Shown piece after piece: positions 11,033 to 20,344 of a DNA stretch of 28,239 nt. Source of the DNA: an uncultured Lentisphaerales bacterium (GTDB taxonomy: Bacteria > Verrucomicrobiota > Lentisphaeria > JABSQK01 > UBA12247); contig CALSSJ010000025.1 of assembly GCA_943788985.1 (NCBI GenBank), positions 1 through 28,239 of the forward strand, given 5' to 3'. Every line of letters begins with the position of its first letter. Within the stretch, counting starts at the first letter, position 1. The position numbers were made by a program, and so were the translations under genes. Under the pieces are notes generated by a model. That model did not search any database, was not told the origin of the DNA, and was given only the letters and a program-made list of their open reading frames with translations.

Positions 11033-11686
11033 GTGACACTCCATCTGGCTGAATTTCAAGAAACCGGTCAAACGCCCCCGACGGGCGTTGATTTATTCAC
11101 AAGTCGAGGCACATTTCGCGCAACCGCAATGCCGGACGGGGACATGCCTGATTCAGTTGATATTAACGAAGTCGCAGCGCACGCCGTAAAACTCGGTGAA
11201 CTTGGCATCTTGGAACTCCTCCTTGAGGATACGCCAACGCTGATCCATGCTCGCTTCGTTCATAGGGATACTTTGCTATCGCTGGCCGCGCAGAATGGCC
11301 GGGCAGCGATCTGTCACACTCTACTCGCGCTCGAAGCAGACGTAGAGGCTGTTGATATCAGTGGCGAGAACTCGCTGCATTGGGCTAGCAGGAACGGCCA
11401 CCACCAGATCGCGAAGATGCTGTTGGATGCAGGGCTGGGCCCGAACGTTACTAATTTGAGTGGCTGGTCCGCGTTGCATTACGCCTGCTGTAATGGCCAC
11501 ACCGAGGTGGTTGAAGTGCTGCTGGCAAGTGGCGCAGATCCGACCCTCGTCACCCTTGATGGCGAGAATGCTACATTTATGGCTGCCAAGAACACCCACA
11601 AGGATGTGCTCGAATTACTGATGTCCGGCGGTCGTCCCGGTGACGAGTTAGATGCGCTCTACGGTGACAAGACGGTGGTGGTCTGA
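11033..11686 (+). CDS. Ankyrin-repeat protein
   Basis: Repeated units TLLSLAAQNG, NSLHWASRNGH, SALHYACCNGH...LLASGAD. Confidence 0.9.
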   Translation: MTLHLAEFQETGQTPPTGVDLFTSRGTFRATAMPDGDMPDSVDINEVAAHAVKLGELGILELLLEDTPTLIHARFVHRDTLLSLAAQNGRAAICHTLLALEADVEAVDISGENSLHWASRNGHHQIAKMLLDAGLGPNVTNLSGWSALHYACCNGHTEVVEVLLASGADPTLVTLDGENATFMAAKNTHKDVLELLMSGGRPGDELDALYGDKTVVV

Positions 11687-11711
11687 CTCCTTTGCGCATA
11701 CCAATTCGCTG

Positions 11712-12554
11712 ATGGAGCTATTCCTTCATGTTCTGCAGATTCTGCAACAGACCGCGACCTTCCTGCTGGAGGTCGCCATTCTGGCGGGGCCCATTTACCT
11801 CTTGCTGCGATTTTTTCGCGGAACCAGAGCGCTTCCGGTTATCATCGGGATTGTGATCTGCGGGGGAACGTTGTTCCTCCTGTCACAGCAACTGAACTTG
11901 AGTGTGATCGCGTGGTTGCTGACGAAGATCCCCCCGCTGTTGGCCGTGGCGCTTGTCGTCGTGTTTCAACCAGAGCTTCGGAGGCTGTTCGCCGAAGTCG
12001 GGGTAAACCCACAGCGCTTCTTTCAACACGAGAATACCCAGACGGAGTCGGAGACGATCGATATTTTGATCGATGCCACAGAGCGGATGGCCCAAAGTAA
12101 TCTGGGGGCATTGATCGCGGTAGAGCGAAACATCGGCATGCGCAGCTACTCCGAGTCAGGTGAGCGTCTGAACGCACGCCTGTCGGTGGAACTGCTGATG
12201 GCGATATTTGCCAGCCGGGCACCGCTTCACGATGGCGCAGTCATCGTGAAGAATGGGTTGATCCTGTCGGCGGGTTGCTTTTTTCCCTTGACGGAGTCGC
12301 CACAGAAGCGCAGTTTCGGGACCCGTCACCGGGCGGCGATTGGGGTCACTGAGGAGACCGACGCTATCGTTTTGGTCGTGTCTGAAGAACACGGCTGGGT
12401 CAGTCTTATTCATAAGGGCGTGTTGGTTGAAAATATCGACCGTGACCGGCTGCGTCGGCACCTGACGCGCTATCTGATCCGCGATCGCGACAAGTTTGCG
12501 GCAAGTCGCCGCGGTAAGCGGGAGGAGGCCACAGATGTTTCGCAGACTTCTTAG
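11712..12554 (+). CDS. cdaA: Diadenylate cyclase (c-di-AMP synthase)
   Basis: Three TM segments, FQPELRR, GALIAVER, catalytic LHDGAV and GTRHRAA motifs. Confidence 0.95.
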   Translation: MELFLHVLQILQQTATFLLEVAILAGPIYLLLRFFRGTRALPVIIGIVICGGTLFLLSQQLNLSVIAWLLTKIPPLLAVALVVVFQPELRRLFAEVGVNPQRFFQHENTQTESETIDILIDATERMAQSNLGALIAVERNIGMRSYSESGERLNARLSVELLMAIFASRAPLHDGAVIVKNGLILSAGCFFPLTESPQKRSFGTRHRAAIGVTEETDAIVLVVSEEHGWVSLIHKGVLVENIDRDRLRRHLTRYLIRDRDKFAASRRGKREEATDVSQTS

Positions 12555-13479
12555 CGATGATTGGCCGCGCAAGCTCGTGGCGGTCATATTTGCGGTAGCT
12601 TGCTGGTTGGTAGTGAATCAGCATATTTCGGTAGAGCGCACCTTTCACGATGTACCTGTTCGGGTCACCACGCCGGACGGTTTGGCCTTGGTGACGGATA
12701 TGCCGGCCGTTTGGATTACCGTGCGTGGTGCGAATCAAGACGTGTCCGCGCTCTCTCCGACAGATTTGTATGTAGAATATTACGTGGGCGATGATGCTAC
12801 CGATGGTACGCACATCATGGCTTTGCGCGCCAAGCATGTTCCGCTTGAACGTGGTGTTCGGGTATCGGAGATCAAGCCATCGAAGATTCCACTCACCCTC
12901 GATTCCGTGATCGAGAAAGAAGTGCCGGTTTCGAACAGCCACCGACATTTGTTCGAGTCTGTGCCCGACCGGATGGGGCTGAGAACGATCAATATTGTTC
13001 CTGAAACGGTCACTGTCACGGGCCCATCCCGGCACGTAAATGCAATCCATGTGGTGCAGATAGACAAGCCGATCCGTCTGGATTCCAATCCACCAATGAA
13101 CCTCGAAGTGGACAGTTTGCTGCGCAAATACCCCAACGTCTCACTGAGCAACACCACGGTTAATCTTTACTTCGAGTTCTACAACCGGACCGGAACGCGT
13201 GTCTTCCAAGATCTTCCGGTGCACGTTCTGCCACCGGTTCCTAAGGGCTTGAGTGCATCTCTGGTACAGGCTGCGATCACGTCGCTTTCCATCTATGGCC
13301 CGAGAAACGTGCTGGATATTCTGACTGACGAGTCATTTCGTCTGTTCGTGGATCTTGGGGCCATCTCTTCACCGGGAACCTACGAACGGCCGGTGAAGAT
13401 CTGGATCACTGCCAGGGATTGCTACGTGGACCGCATCACACCGGTAAGCTTGCCGCTTCGAGTCGAATTCACAGAATAA
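12535..13479 (+). CDS. cdaR: CdaR/YbbR-like regulator
   Basis: N-terminal anchor DWPRKLVAVIFAVACW, beta-rich repeats (VPETVTVTGP); overlaps the cdaA stop. Confidence 0.8.
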   Translation: MFRRLLSDDWPRKLVAVIFAVACWLVVNQHISVERTFHDVPVRVTTPDGLALVTDMPAVWITVRGANQDVSALSPTDLYVEYYVGDDATDGTHIMALRAKHVPLERGVRVSEIKPSKIPLTLDSVIEKEVPVSNSHRHLFESVPDRMGLRTINIVPETVTVTGPSRHVNAIHVVQIDKPIRLDSNPPMNLEVDSLLRKYPNVSLSNTTVNLYFEFYNRTGTRVFQDLPVHVLPPVPKGLSASLVQAAITSLSIYGPRNVLDILTDESFRLFVDLGAISSPGTYERPVKIWITARDCYVDRITPVSLPLRVEFTE

Positions 13480-13559
13480 GTTTGGCTGCGCGCCAGCGCC
13501 AGCGGCTATGGCGTGGCCTTAGATGACGGCAGCTTCCTGCGCGATTCTTCTTCACCTTC

Positions 13560-13618
13560 GCCGAACGTCCAAGGTCAGCACGGAGCGGAGCGACGTTGCC
13601 TGCACCGTCTTGTTCGAC
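13560..13618 (-). mobile_element. Integron attC site (59 bp)
   Basis: Minus strand GTCGAAC-AAGAC-GGTGCAGG...GCTGACC-TTGGAC-GTTCGGC shows the R''/L''/L'/R' layout with one unpaired base in the L box, 1 nt after the ORF stop codon. Confidence 0.85.
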
Positions 13619-13619
13619 T

Positions 13620-14159
13620 TTAAGGTGTGTCTCTTTCGTTATGGTGCGAACTAGAAAGGGATGTGTTTCTAGTGTTTTCTTCAATGGCAATAAAAACCTT
13701 AATTCCTTCGGCGATTGCAAGATTCGTGACGACCCCGACGAGGCCGCCCAGTATCCCCCAAATAATAAGGGTGCCCCCCCCTCTCTTAATTGTCGCTATG
13801 CCAAATATTGCTATGATCAAGGCAACGGCGCCCGTAACATAAGCGAAAATTCGGTAAATCAGCGATAGTGTTTGTAGTGCAGGATACCGGGATGTCGATT
13901 TGGGACTAGACTCGGCGACAACTTCTGCCGATTTAGACAGTGTTTGTTGTGTCGTTCGACGGTGTCGACCTTCAGCGAGCATTAAGCCATTCTCTCGCTG
14001 CATCACAGTCCAACTGCGCCCCGAGCATTCAAGGTAATCGAAAGGAGCAACATCGCGAGTCTGGGCGAATGTTCTGAAGGCGGAGTCTATGTCATCGAAT
14101 GTTTCGATTTTGAAGTTACCAATTTTCTCGTTGGTAGGCTTGAAGACAAATACTTTCAC
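13620..14159 (-). CDS. Hypothetical membrane protein, gene-cassette ORF
   Basis: 179 aa with two C-terminal hydrophobic helices; visibly more AT-rich than its neighbours; bounded by cassette core sites. Confidence 0.75.
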   Translation of the reverse strand: MKVFVFKPTNEKIGNFKIETFDDIDSAFRTFAQTRDVAPFDYLECSGRSWTVMQRENGLMLAEGRHRRTTQQTLSKSAEVVAESSPKSTSRYPALQTLSLIYRIFAYVTGAVALIIAIFGIATIKRGGGTLIIWGILGGLVGVVTNLAIAEGIKVFIAIEENTRNTSLSSSHHNERDTP

Positions 14160-14176
14160 GATGGTGTGTCTCTTAT

Positions 14177-14219
14177 GTCGAACGCGGTGCTTGCCGGTAG
14201 GCCATCAGGCCGTATCGGG
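14177..14219 (-). mobile_element. Partial upstream attC (3' half) providing the cassette core site GTTCGAC
   Basis: GTTCGAC (14183-14177) is the exact reverse complement of the cassette's R'' GTCGAAC; residual hairpin CCGGTA-GGCC-ATCA-GGCC-G-TATCGG. Confidence 0.65.
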
Positions 14220-15550
14220 TGCGGAGAGATTGGGCCACTCGACCGGAAAGTTAAGCTACTGCTATCCCAATGGTGGTGATCGCAAGGTAGGGCTGCTTGC
14301 GGCGCTTTGCCAGCATTGGAGTTCCTTTTTTCTTTTGCACTGGCGAATCGTGCTGTGTGGCGTGGAATCCGGCGAAACGGAGGCGAGCTCTGCTGAGGAG
14401 CAACTCGCCGAGGGATAGTCGGAGCAGTAGCGACGCAATGTCGACACCGCGGGAGAGTCGACAGACTCCCCCACCTTCGCAAGGTAGCAACATTGAAGAG
14501 CTGCCGCCATGCCTGGAAAACCTTGGGGTTTGGGGCGAAGCCCCATTGTGGCCGCAGGCCGCGGCGAGCCAGCCCATACTGCAAGCTGCGTCATGAACAT
14601 TTCACGCGATGGCCGTTTGCGTCTTTGTCCGAGCCACGGTACACCTCGCCTGGACACCAATGCGACAGATTCAGATGAGGGCGCTTGGTATTGTAGTGGA
14701 CCATGAATTTGGCGATCCCCACCTGCACTTCGTGCCCATCTGCAGAGGCAAAGAGGTAGACTTCCTCGTACTTGATTGTGCGAAAGAAGCGCTCCACCAT
14801 GACATTGTCAATCCAGCGCCGGCGGCCGTTCATGCTCATCTTGACTCCATGGCCTTCAACTGCTTTGGACCACTCCTCCGAGCTATACTGTCTGCCTTGA
14901 TCGGTATCGAGTATCGAAGGCAGCTCTCCTGCCACTTGAATAGCCCGATGCACTCGACGAGCGCTTCGCGGAGAAGCAGGGCGCGAATTTTGCGTACTCC
15001 GTGTGTAGGGTGTTCAAGATAGAGCCTATCCATGAAGTTCATGATCGTCAGGTCTTCTGCACTGGCGGCTTTGCCAGGGCTGCAGTAGTAGCTTGAGCGA
15101 TTGACGGCCAATAGCTCGCACTGCCGCCGACGACTTAGCTTGTCATCACCGCAGATCATAGCTCGTCGCTCAGCGGGATCTGCAGCTCTTTGCATTTTTT
15201 TCGCAGCCAGTCGAACTCCAGCGTAGGCTGCCCAATCTTGGCGTGGTGATTCTTACGCATCTTGTCCACCGTCTCCTCGGTCGAACTCTACCGCGGACCT
15301 TCGAAGATGGTGTTTGCCTTATCGACCAGGTCGCGTTTCCACTGCAAGACCTGCGTTGGATGGACTTCGTAGAGGGCTGCGATTTCACTGGTGGTTTGCA
15401 GGCCCTTGAGGGCCTCCATAGCCACTTTAGCCTTGAATGCCGCGTTATGGCGGCGACGATTTTTCTTCGACATCTTGGTGCTCCTTGTTCAAGTTGACGG
15501 GAAGCATAGCCTTACTTAGCAGGTGGTCCAAAATTCGGTCACCACCTCTG
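14212..15550 (-). mobile_element. Degenerate IS3-family insertion sequence (ends approximate)
   Basis: orfA and orfB remnants; imperfect inverted ends GGTGACCGAATTTTGGACCAC (- strand, near 15520-15550) and GGTGCGGAGAGATTGGGCCAC (+ strand, near 14212-14238). Confidence 0.75.
14591..15473 (-). pseudogene. IS3-family transposase orfA/orfB, inactivated
   Basis: orfA HTH (FKAKVAMEALKG...VHPTQVLQWK) with in-frame TAG at 15288-15290; A7 slippery run at 15195-15201; orfB jumps from GVRKIRALL to DTDQGRQY...DNVMVERFFRTIKYE, lacking the first catalytic-Asp region. Confidence 0.85.
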
Positions 15551-15611
15551 CTGGGGCTGTAGTCGCTTCCCGGAATGCGAAGGAGCGCGCTCATCGCGGC
15601 CTTTTTTAGCG

Positions 15612-16892
15612 CTATTCTCGCAGGTGTCCCTGCCCAATTGCGATCCACTTGTAACTGGTCAACTCGCGCGGACCTACCGGGCCTCGGGCGTGTAGTTTGT
15701 CAGTGCTGATCCCTAAGACCGCCCCCAGGCCATAGTCTCCGCCGCCGGACAGCCGCGTCGAGGCGTTTACCAGGACAGACGCGGAGTCAACGAGCCGGCA
15801 AAAATAGCGACTCCGTTCGAGGTTCTGGGTGACGATGGCGTCGGTATGGCCCGAGCCGCAGGTGTTGATATGCTCGATGGCAGCATCGATCCCGGGCACG
15901 ACGCGTACGGCCAGCATCGGCGCAAGGTATTCGGCAGCCCAGTCCGTTTCATCCGCGGTTTCGCAGGCAATGATTTGGCGGGTACGGGGGCAGCCGCGCA
16001 GCGTTACGCCAGCGGCGGCTAAGGCGGTGGCCAGTGCCGGTAGCAGGCGGCTCGCTGCGGCTTCATCGACGAGCAGCGTCTCGAGCGCATTGCACACTTC
16101 GACGCGCTGGCACTTGGAGTTTATGGTCAGCGCCACGGCGGTGGCTTCGGGCGCATCCGCGGCCAAGTAAAGGTGGCACACCCCGTCATAGTGCTTGATC
16201 ACCGGGATGCGGCTCTCGCGGCTTACCGTTTCTACCAGAGACCTGCCCCCTCGGGGGATGAGCACGTCCAGATAGCGGTCTTGGCGCAGCAGGGCGTGGA
16301 CGGCTTCGCGATCGGCGGAGCCAAGGATGCGGATCGCAGCTTCTGGCAGTCCGCAACGGGTCGCGCCACGACGCATGGCCTCCGCGAGCACGAGGTTGGT
16401 GCGTAGCGCCTCCGAGCCACCGCGAAGCAGGACCGCATTGCCACTGCGTACGCAGACCGCGGCAGCATCGGTGGTGACGTTCGGGCGGGATTCATAAATG
16501 ATGCCGATGGCCCCCAGCGAAACCCGCACGCGGCGAACTTCGAGGCCGTTGGGGCGCGTTGTGCCTTCGATCACTTCGCCGAGTGGATCCGGCAGTTGTG
16601 CCACTGCGCGCAAGCGTCTGAGAATGTAGGAGAAGACTTTGTCGTCGACCTGTAGCCGTTGGCGCAGGGGTGTGCTGAGGGAGCCAGCTTCGGCCAGATC
16701 TGCAGCATTGGCAGCGGCGACCTCTGTACGCGCGGCTGCCAACTCGTCGGCCATTGCGTTCAGCGCTGCGCTGCGTTGCTCTCCGGGCAGTGCCGCCAAC
16801 TTCCGTCCGGCGGCAGATACGTCCCGGGCACACGCTTCCACTTCCTGGTAGAGCGCAGTCTGGGAGGCGCCCGCTCCTTCGATTCCATTCAT
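15612..16892 (-). CDS. proA: Gamma-glutamyl phosphate reductase
   Basis: IIYESRPNVT, LIPRGG, VCNALETLLV, GHTDAIVT, NASTR, GISTDKLHARGP. Confidence 0.97.
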   Translation of the reverse strand: MNGIEGAGASQTALYQEVEACARDVSAAGRKLAALPGEQRSAALNAMADELAAARTEVAAANAADLAEAGSLSTPLRQRLQVDDKVFSYILRRLRAVAQLPDPLGEVIEGTTRPNGLEVRRVRVSLGAIGIIYESRPNVTTDAAAVCVRSGNAVLLRGGSEALRTNLVLAEAMRRGATRCGLPEAAIRILGSADREAVHALLRQDRYLDVLIPRGGRSLVETVSRESRIPVIKHYDGVCHLYLAADAPEATAVALTINSKCQRVEVCNALETLLVDEAAASRLLPALATALAAAGVTLRGCPRTRQIIACETADETDWAAEYLAPMLAVRVVPGIDAAIEHINTCGSGHTDAIVTQNLERSRYFCRLVDSASVLVNASTRLSGGGDYGLGAVLGISTDKLHARGPVGPRELTSYKWIAIGQGHLRE

Positions 16893-17182
16893 GCTATACT
16901 CCTGTCGGTCGAGTTGGGCCCGGTGTTGAAGAGAGGCGACAATACCCTCTCGCAGATGTGTCCGCTAGGTCAGGTTGCGGCTGAGTTATGAGTGGAATCG
17001 CATGGAAGTAGCTGACTCGATATCCGGTTGACGCGGGCACTCGGCAAAGAGGGCTACTCTTGGCCGCTATTAAGTTATCGGGGCAAAATGCCTAGCCCTC
17101 ACGAGCTGGCGGCGAAGAATCGACTTCCAACTTTGAGGATAGCGGCTACAGTGTGTTTTCGGCATGGAACTGAGGCTTGTTT

Positions 17183-18061
17183 ATGACTCGTGCTTTCGTT
17201 ATCGCAGCAATCCCGCTCCTGTGCCTGTGGGCGCACGCCGAGACATCCGCCTGGGCCGTGTCGGATCCACACGCAAATAAGATTTTTCTGCTGGGCACCA
17301 GCCACGTGCTGCGGGCGAGTGATTACCCGCTGCCGGGGGCGTTTGATTCGGCCTATGAGGCAGCGGAGACCATCGTGCTCGAAGCACCGATGGATGCGAT
17401 GAAGCAGCCTGATATTCAGATGAAGCTGTTGCAGGCAACGCTGCTTCAGGGAACGACGGTGCAGGATGCACTCACGGCCGAGTCGTATCGTCAGCTGAAG
17501 GCATACTGTCACGGCAAGGGCATTCCGCTCATGGCTTTGCAACAACTCAAGCCCGGCATGCTGTGCATGACGCTAACGATCATGGAGATGCAGGCGCTTG
17601 GCCTTTCACTTGAGGGCGTGGACGCCCACTATCTCGCACAGGCAAAAGCCGACAATAAACAGGTAGAAGCCCTTGAAAGCATTGAGTTTGCGATTGGTAT
17701 GATTGCGGATTTTGGGGAAGGGGAGGAGGATGAACTGGTTCAGAGTACCGTGGAGGATCTGGCCACCCTGAAGGAAGAGTTCCCGAAGGTCATCGCCGCC
17801 TGGCGAAAGGGAGACCTCAAGGCGCTGGACGAGTTATTGATGGTTGATATGCGTAAGAAGTTTCCTAAGCTCTATAAGCGGCTGTTGACTGAGCGAAATA
17901 GCGCCTGGCTCCCGAAACTCGAGGCATACCTGGAGTCGCCTGCGGTGGAAGCTGTTTTCGTGGGGGTAGGGCATATGGTTGGAGAGGCTGGCTTGCTTGC
18001 CATGCTGAGGGCCAAGGGGTACACCGTTAGACCATTTACTGCTGAGACTCAAGAGGACTAG
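17183..18061 (+). CDS. TraB/GumN family protein
   Basis: Signal peptide; LLGTSH, GVD, LES, ERNSAW, VGVGHMVG motifs. Confidence 0.9.
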   Translation: MTRAFVIAAIPLLCLWAHAETSAWAVSDPHANKIFLLGTSHVLRASDYPLPGAFDSAYEAAETIVLEAPMDAMKQPDIQMKLLQATLLQGTTVQDALTAESYRQLKAYCHGKGIPLMALQQLKPGMLCMTLTIMEMQALGLSLEGVDAHYLAQAKADNKQVEALESIEFAIGMIADFGEGEEDELVQSTVEDLATLKEEFPKVIAAWRKGDLKALDELLMVDMRKKFPKLYKRLLTERNSAWLPKLEAYLESPAVEAVFVGVGHMVGEAGLLAMLRAKGYTVRPFTAETQED

Positions 18062-18064
18062 ACC

Positions 18065-19687
18065 ATGTTGAAGCGATTGATAATCGGCCTGGCGCCGTTG
18101 GCTATTCTTGTGGCAATTCCGCTGATGTTGCAGCCGGCTGACGTGCAGAAGCAGACTGAGGCAGAGCGCATTATCGTGCTGACTCCGCACAACGAAGCCA
18201 TTCGCTTCGAGTTCGGACACGCCTTCTCTGAACATTGCAAGGAGAAGCATGGGCGGACGGTGGAGATTGATTGGCGCGCCCCCGGCGGCACTTCCGAGAT
18301 TGTGCGGTTTATCGATGATCAATACGTAAGCGCCTTTCGTCGCTATTGGCTCGACCAGGGGCGGGAATGGACACGAGAGGTGCACAAGTCGTTCGATGAT
18401 CGTCGGTTCAATGAGGAGACGGCCACCTCGCTGGAGCGTCAGGCCCACAGCGAGTTTTTGGCTTCTGAGATCGGGATTGGGATCGACCTGTTCTTCGGGG
18501 GAGGGGAGTACTATATGCGTCAGCAGGCGGCGAAGGGTCACGGCGTGGATGCTGGCTTATTGGAGAAGCATCCCGAATGGTTCAGCGAAGACGCCATTCC
18601 GGCATCTTTCAGCGGCGAGCATTTCTATGATCCGAAGGGGCGCTACTACGGCACTTGCTTGTCGGCCTTTGGCATTTGTTATAATCCGGAGCGGCTCAAA
18701 CTGTTGCCCGCGCTGCCGCCGACATCTTGGGAAGATATTGGACATCCAAACTACTATCGCAACGTCGGTGTGGCCGATCCGACTAAGTCCGGCTCGATCA
18801 CCAAGTGCTTCGAGATGCTGGTGCAGCAGCAGATGGCCGAAGAACTCGCGCTCTTGCCTGCCAATGCCAGCGAAGAGGACCGCATGGCGGCGTTGTCGGC
18901 TGGCTGGGACAATGGCTTTAATCTGATCAAGAGAATTGGCGGAAATGCTCGCTACATCACGGATTCGGCAGGGAAGATTCCGCGCGATGTCAGTAGTGGG
19001 GCCGCCGCAGCCGGAATGTGCATCGACTTTTATGGCCGTTCGCAGGCAGACTGGAGCGAGTACCAGTCTGGCGGCGAGGGCTCGCGGATTCAATACGTCA
19101 CGCCGCGTGGCGGGTCATCAATTTCCGTGGATCCTGTGCTGCTGTTGCGCGGCGCGCCCAATCGTGAGTTGGCGATCATGTTCATGGAGTTTGTGCTGTC
19201 GCAGGAAGGCCAGCGGCTGTGGAACTATCGCCCCGGCGAGCCTGGCGGGCCGCAGAAGTATGCCTTGCGCAGGCTACCGATTCGGCGCGATGTCTATACC
19301 GACGCCGACCGTGCCCACATGAGTGATGGCGACCAGAAACCGTTCGCGGACGCAGCGGGCTTCAGCTACGACGGGAGCCTCACCGGACCATATTTCGGCA
19401 TGATCCGTACCATGATCAAGATCATCATCATTGATACGCGCGAGGATCTAATCTCCGCCTGGGGAGCGATAGCCGAAGCTGGTGGCCCGGAAGATGTACC
19501 CGACGCCATGAACGCCTTCAATGCCCTGCCGTTTTCCTATCAGGAAGCCGCGGAGTTCGCGGACCTGTTGCGCAACGGCACGCCGGAGGAGAGCCTGGCA
19601 TTGCAGGGCCGCTGGGGCGCATTCTTTCGGGAAAACTTTACAGCGGCGGAGATGATGGTCGATTCTAACTTTGCACGGACACGGTAA
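18065..19687 (+). CDS. ABC transporter substrate-binding protein (Fe3+/AfuA-like class)
   Basis: N-terminal anchor; DLFFGGG, PTSWEDI, ADPTKSGS, FMEFVLSQEGQ. Confidence 0.82.
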   Translation: MLKRLIIGLAPLAILVAIPLMLQPADVQKQTEAERIIVLTPHNEAIRFEFGHAFSEHCKEKHGRTVEIDWRAPGGTSEIVRFIDDQYVSAFRRYWLDQGREWTREVHKSFDDRRFNEETATSLERQAHSEFLASEIGIGIDLFFGGGEYYMRQQAAKGHGVDAGLLEKHPEWFSEDAIPASFSGEHFYDPKGRYYGTCLSAFGICYNPERLKLLPALPPTSWEDIGHPNYYRNVGVADPTKSGSITKCFEMLVQQQMAEELALLPANASEEDRMAALSAGWDNGFNLIKRIGGNARYITDSAGKIPRDVSSGAAAAGMCIDFYGRSQADWSEYQSGGEGSRIQYVTPRGGSSISVDPVLLLRGAPNRELAIMFMEFVLSQEGQRLWNYRPGEPGGPQKYALRRLPIRRDVYTDADRAHMSDGDQKPFADAAGFSYDGSLTGPYFGMIRTMIKIIIIDTREDLISAWGAIAEAGGPEDVPDAMNAFNALPFSYQEAAEFADLLRNGTPEESLALQGRWGAFFRENFTAAEMMVDSNFARTR

Positions 19688-19690
19688 GTA

Positions 19691-20344
19691 GTGATACTTT
19701 TCGCGAGCGACAACCACTACGGGGCTTATCCTGGGCGCAATCTGTATGAAGAGATTCAGGCCAGCTACGACATAGAGTTTCGGGAAGATGATTGGAGCTG
19801 CTTCGAAACTACACTCAGCGAGCGCTACGAGTTGATTGTGTTGAACATGATCGCAGCGACCTGCGAGGTACCGCAGCCATCGGAGTGTGCGGGCCGGGAG
19901 CTTCGCAACTATCTGCTGGCTGGCGGGAGCCTACTACTGCTTCACGGTGCCAGCGCTGCATTCTGGCACGAGGCTTGGTGGCGTGAAATCGTGGGCCTGC
20001 GTTGGGTGCGGCCGGGGGATCCTGATGCTGTCCCGAAGTCATCACACCCAAGGCGTCCGTATGAGGTCACCGTTTCTCGGTCACGGCATCCGCTTTGCAA
20101 GAAGCTAAAGCCAGTGAGTTTGCCCACAGACGAGATTTATATCCATCTCGAGCAGACCTGTCCGATCTATTCGTTGATGGAGACGACCACGGATGAGGGG
20201 ACCTTCGTGCAGGCCTATGAGTCCACTACGCCATGGGGAGGCCGCATACTCGCGTATCTTCCCGGGCACTTGCCGGAAGTCGTGCGTGCGCCTGACATGG
20301 TGCACAATGTCAGAGTCCTGTTGGATGATCTACTGGGGGCCTGA
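19691..20344 (+). CDS. ThuA-like domain protein
   Basis: GGSLLLLHGA, HPL, DEIY, GGRILAYLPGH. Confidence 0.8.
   Translation: MILFASDNHYGAYPGRNLYEEIQASYDIEFREDDWSCFETTLSERYELIVLNMIAATCEVPQPSECAGRELRNYLLAGGSLLLLHGASAAFWHEAWWREIVGLRWVRPGDPDAVPKSSHPRRPYEVTVSRSRHPLCKKLKPVSLPTDEIYIHLEQTCPIYSLMETTTDEGTFVQAYESTTPWGGRILAYLPGHLPEVVRAPDMVHNVRVLLDDLLGA

Noticed and set aside
13480..13559. Second gene cassette after the attC
   Set aside because: Only a very short frame running into cdaR and no further attC
14368..14423. Hammerhead ribozyme (CTGAGGA and CGAAAC are both present)
   Set aside because: The stems cannot be arranged into helices I-III with a cleavage triplet in any permutation I could build
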